A stretch of 64,000 bases of DNA, taken from contig NW_015176019.1 in assembly GCF_001447785.1 (NCBI RefSeq), positions 1 through 64,000 on the forward strand, given 5' to 3'. Position numbers and translations under genes: made by a program. This DNA is from Gekko japonicus. Lineage: Eukaryota. A model generated the notes under the pieces. It did not search any database. It was not told where the DNA came from and saw only the letters and a list, made by a program, of their open reading frames with translations. Shown here one piece after another: positions 61,702-64,000 of this stretch. Positions within the stretch are counted from its first letter, which is position 1, and each line of letters starts with the position of its first letter.

Positions 61702-64000
61702 ATTAAGGTTAATTGGATTAACTTCAAAGTAAACTGTAGGTTTGTGTTATAAATTTAATTTGTGCGCTTTCTGTGTTGCGCTTGGTAAGGTTATTCCTCT
61801 TCTGCTCTCAGTCAAACTATGCACTAGCTTGCAGAAAAGTTACTGACTAGTTAAAAATGGTTAAATTCCTAAAGTCCACAGTATTCTTTTATAGGAACAT
61901 ATGTCTTTGTGCAGTATTATTTAGGGAGACATTTATTTACAAAATCTTTTTAAGCAAAGACCTCTAGCTTTTCTGCCTCTCTAGGAAAAGTATAAACACA
62001 TACACACATACAAAATGCCTTGGCCTGTAGAGCTCCATTAACATTACATAATGATCAACTCCCAATCACATTGGTTCTGAAGTACAATTCAGATTTTAAA
62101 GGTATGTCTGAAATCAAGACCATATAAGTATAAGTAACTTGGCTCTTTTAAAAGTCTGTTTAATCAGTGATGCTTTTACATGTGGTATAAGTGCTCATGT
62201 CAATGCCTTCTCAGACGTGTGTGTGTGTGTTTTTTAACTGATGGAAAAATCACAGAGCTCTGCTTTTCTCTCAAGCTACCATCCGTGGATATGTGGGATG
62301 GGGTTTGTGGTTTGTTTGTTTTTAAATTGTGTGTTCTTTATCTACTGGAGATTCTGCTGAAGCATAGGAAGACTGCTTCCTGCTGTTCTCTGTCTTTAAA
62401 GCAGACCTCCTTAGACAGAGGAAGAAATGAGAACACATGACTCTACAAAATGGTTGACTTAAAACTAGTACCAACAAGGAAGTGGGAACATATCATGATT
62501 GACAGAACAACTAGAAAGAACATAATAATGCAGCTGGCAGAGGGATCCACAGGGAACTGATACATGTGGGACACTAACCACAATGAAAGGTGGATATGTA
62601 AAGTGACTTTTCTTTTGGATATTCAAATCCATTTCTTTTTAACTGGCAAAATTAGACTACAAGCTATGTAGTTCCCCAAAGAAAAGACAATATGTTGATA
62701 TGTTTATACTCTGCAATAATAATATTTGCTTATGTGAGAATATACTTGGGGTTTCCTTGGTGTACCATATGGTGTATTACTATTCTCAGTCCAAACAGTA
62801 ACAGCTGCTGCAGTTATGTGAGATGAGTTTTCCCAAATTTGAGATGTTCAAGTCTAGCAGATGATGGTGCTGTGTATATGCATTTATTCCAAACAGAATA
62901 ATTGTCAGCTGCCATTCTATCTAACATTATCTACTTTTGAACACGTTTTAGTATAGTGTACTTTTTATACTGGATAAATACATAGAGATTTCTTAGGAAA
63001 ACAAAGGACTGACTGAATATTTATGAAGAAAGAACATGGAGTGCTTCTCGCAACTAAAGTAAACATTTTCAGTAACATGGGAATGGACTGCCTAATCCTG
63101 TGTACATTTGTTTATACATTTTCAGCAGGACTCATTTACCAGTATTTCCTTTTGACTTTCCCTGAAAGCCCCCATAGCCTCTCCCCCTCTCTTGCTTTGT
63201 TCTCTCCTTTCCACCCAGGAGCCAGCCTACCTTTATCTGCCCCCCCTCGTGTTTAGCTTTCCCCCTGGCAGCCTCTCTAGAGGGAAAATTGGCCCAAGTT
63301 GTGTGGTGGCTGTTTGAACCAGGCCAGGCCCATCTATGTGTACAGTGAGTTTTCAGTGGTCCTCTGCAAGTCCTGTCCCCTGCAAGTCCTCCTCCATGAT
63401 GGAACATGGCAGGAGAGGATTAACAGGACCTTTCCAGTGCTGTTTTGGTCTCCAAGTGCCCCCCCTCCCACAGCTTAGCTTTGCTGAAACTAAGGCTTAG
63501 AGAAGGCTCTGCAATATTGTTGTGGTTGCCTGGCAACTCCAAAATGGCCTCTGACATCACAGTGGACTTTTTTTTAGAGCTACTGACATTATTTCTATTA
63601 TTTGGAGAGGTTTAATTGTCTGCTTTTTAAAAGAAAGATTTCAGATTTTTCTGCAAACTTTCAGGTTTGTAAAGAATTCCCCCTACCTGTCCCTAGCTCC
63701 ATTTTGTGGACCTATTGAAGCATACTCTGTGGCCCAGTTCATAATTAGATATATGACAGGATAGCAGCTTTTCATCTTAGAAATGCACAAGAGGCGGGAT
63801 CCATGATACTCGCAGGGGGGGGAGTATTCCCCACAGCTCCCAGCCTGCAGAAGCGGCAGCAGGTGAGCCCATCCTTCTCCCTCCACCCTCCCTCCCTCCA
63901 CCCCCAGTGGAGGCGGTGAGGCCAACCCGCCCACCTTTCTCCTTCCCCCCTCCTTCCCCTTACTTACTTACTTACCATAGGTAAGCCTTCTTCCCCGCTC

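Overview
Vertebrate non-coding DNA from a gapped draft assembly. The SINE, MITE and LINE families point to a squamate reptile, most likely a gecko (inferred from recalled repeat families, not from a search). I found no host protein-coding exon, true tRNA/rRNA gene or CRISPR array. The window is dominated by transposable elements: a fragmented Ty3/Gypsy pol with polypurine tract and LTRs plus a related solo LTR; a CR1 LINE with a long open ORF2, nested in a hAT MITE that is itself nested in an L2; BovB, L2 and Penelope-like fragments; tRNA- and 5S-derived SINEs; and many hAT and PIF/Harbinger-type MITEs, several with clean target-site duplications (TSDs). The most notable items are (1) a CpG-rich composite retroposon at 48794-49399 with a Sauria-SINE-like head, a structured middle containing a hammerhead-like junction, and an L2-like tail; (2) several Penelope-associated minimal hammerhead ribozyme motifs at different stages of decay; (3) filled and empty versions of one LTR insertion site assembled side by side; and (4) multi-level transposon nesting with apparent templated filler DNA. 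All alignments and folds were done by eye, so coordinates of old repeats are approximate.
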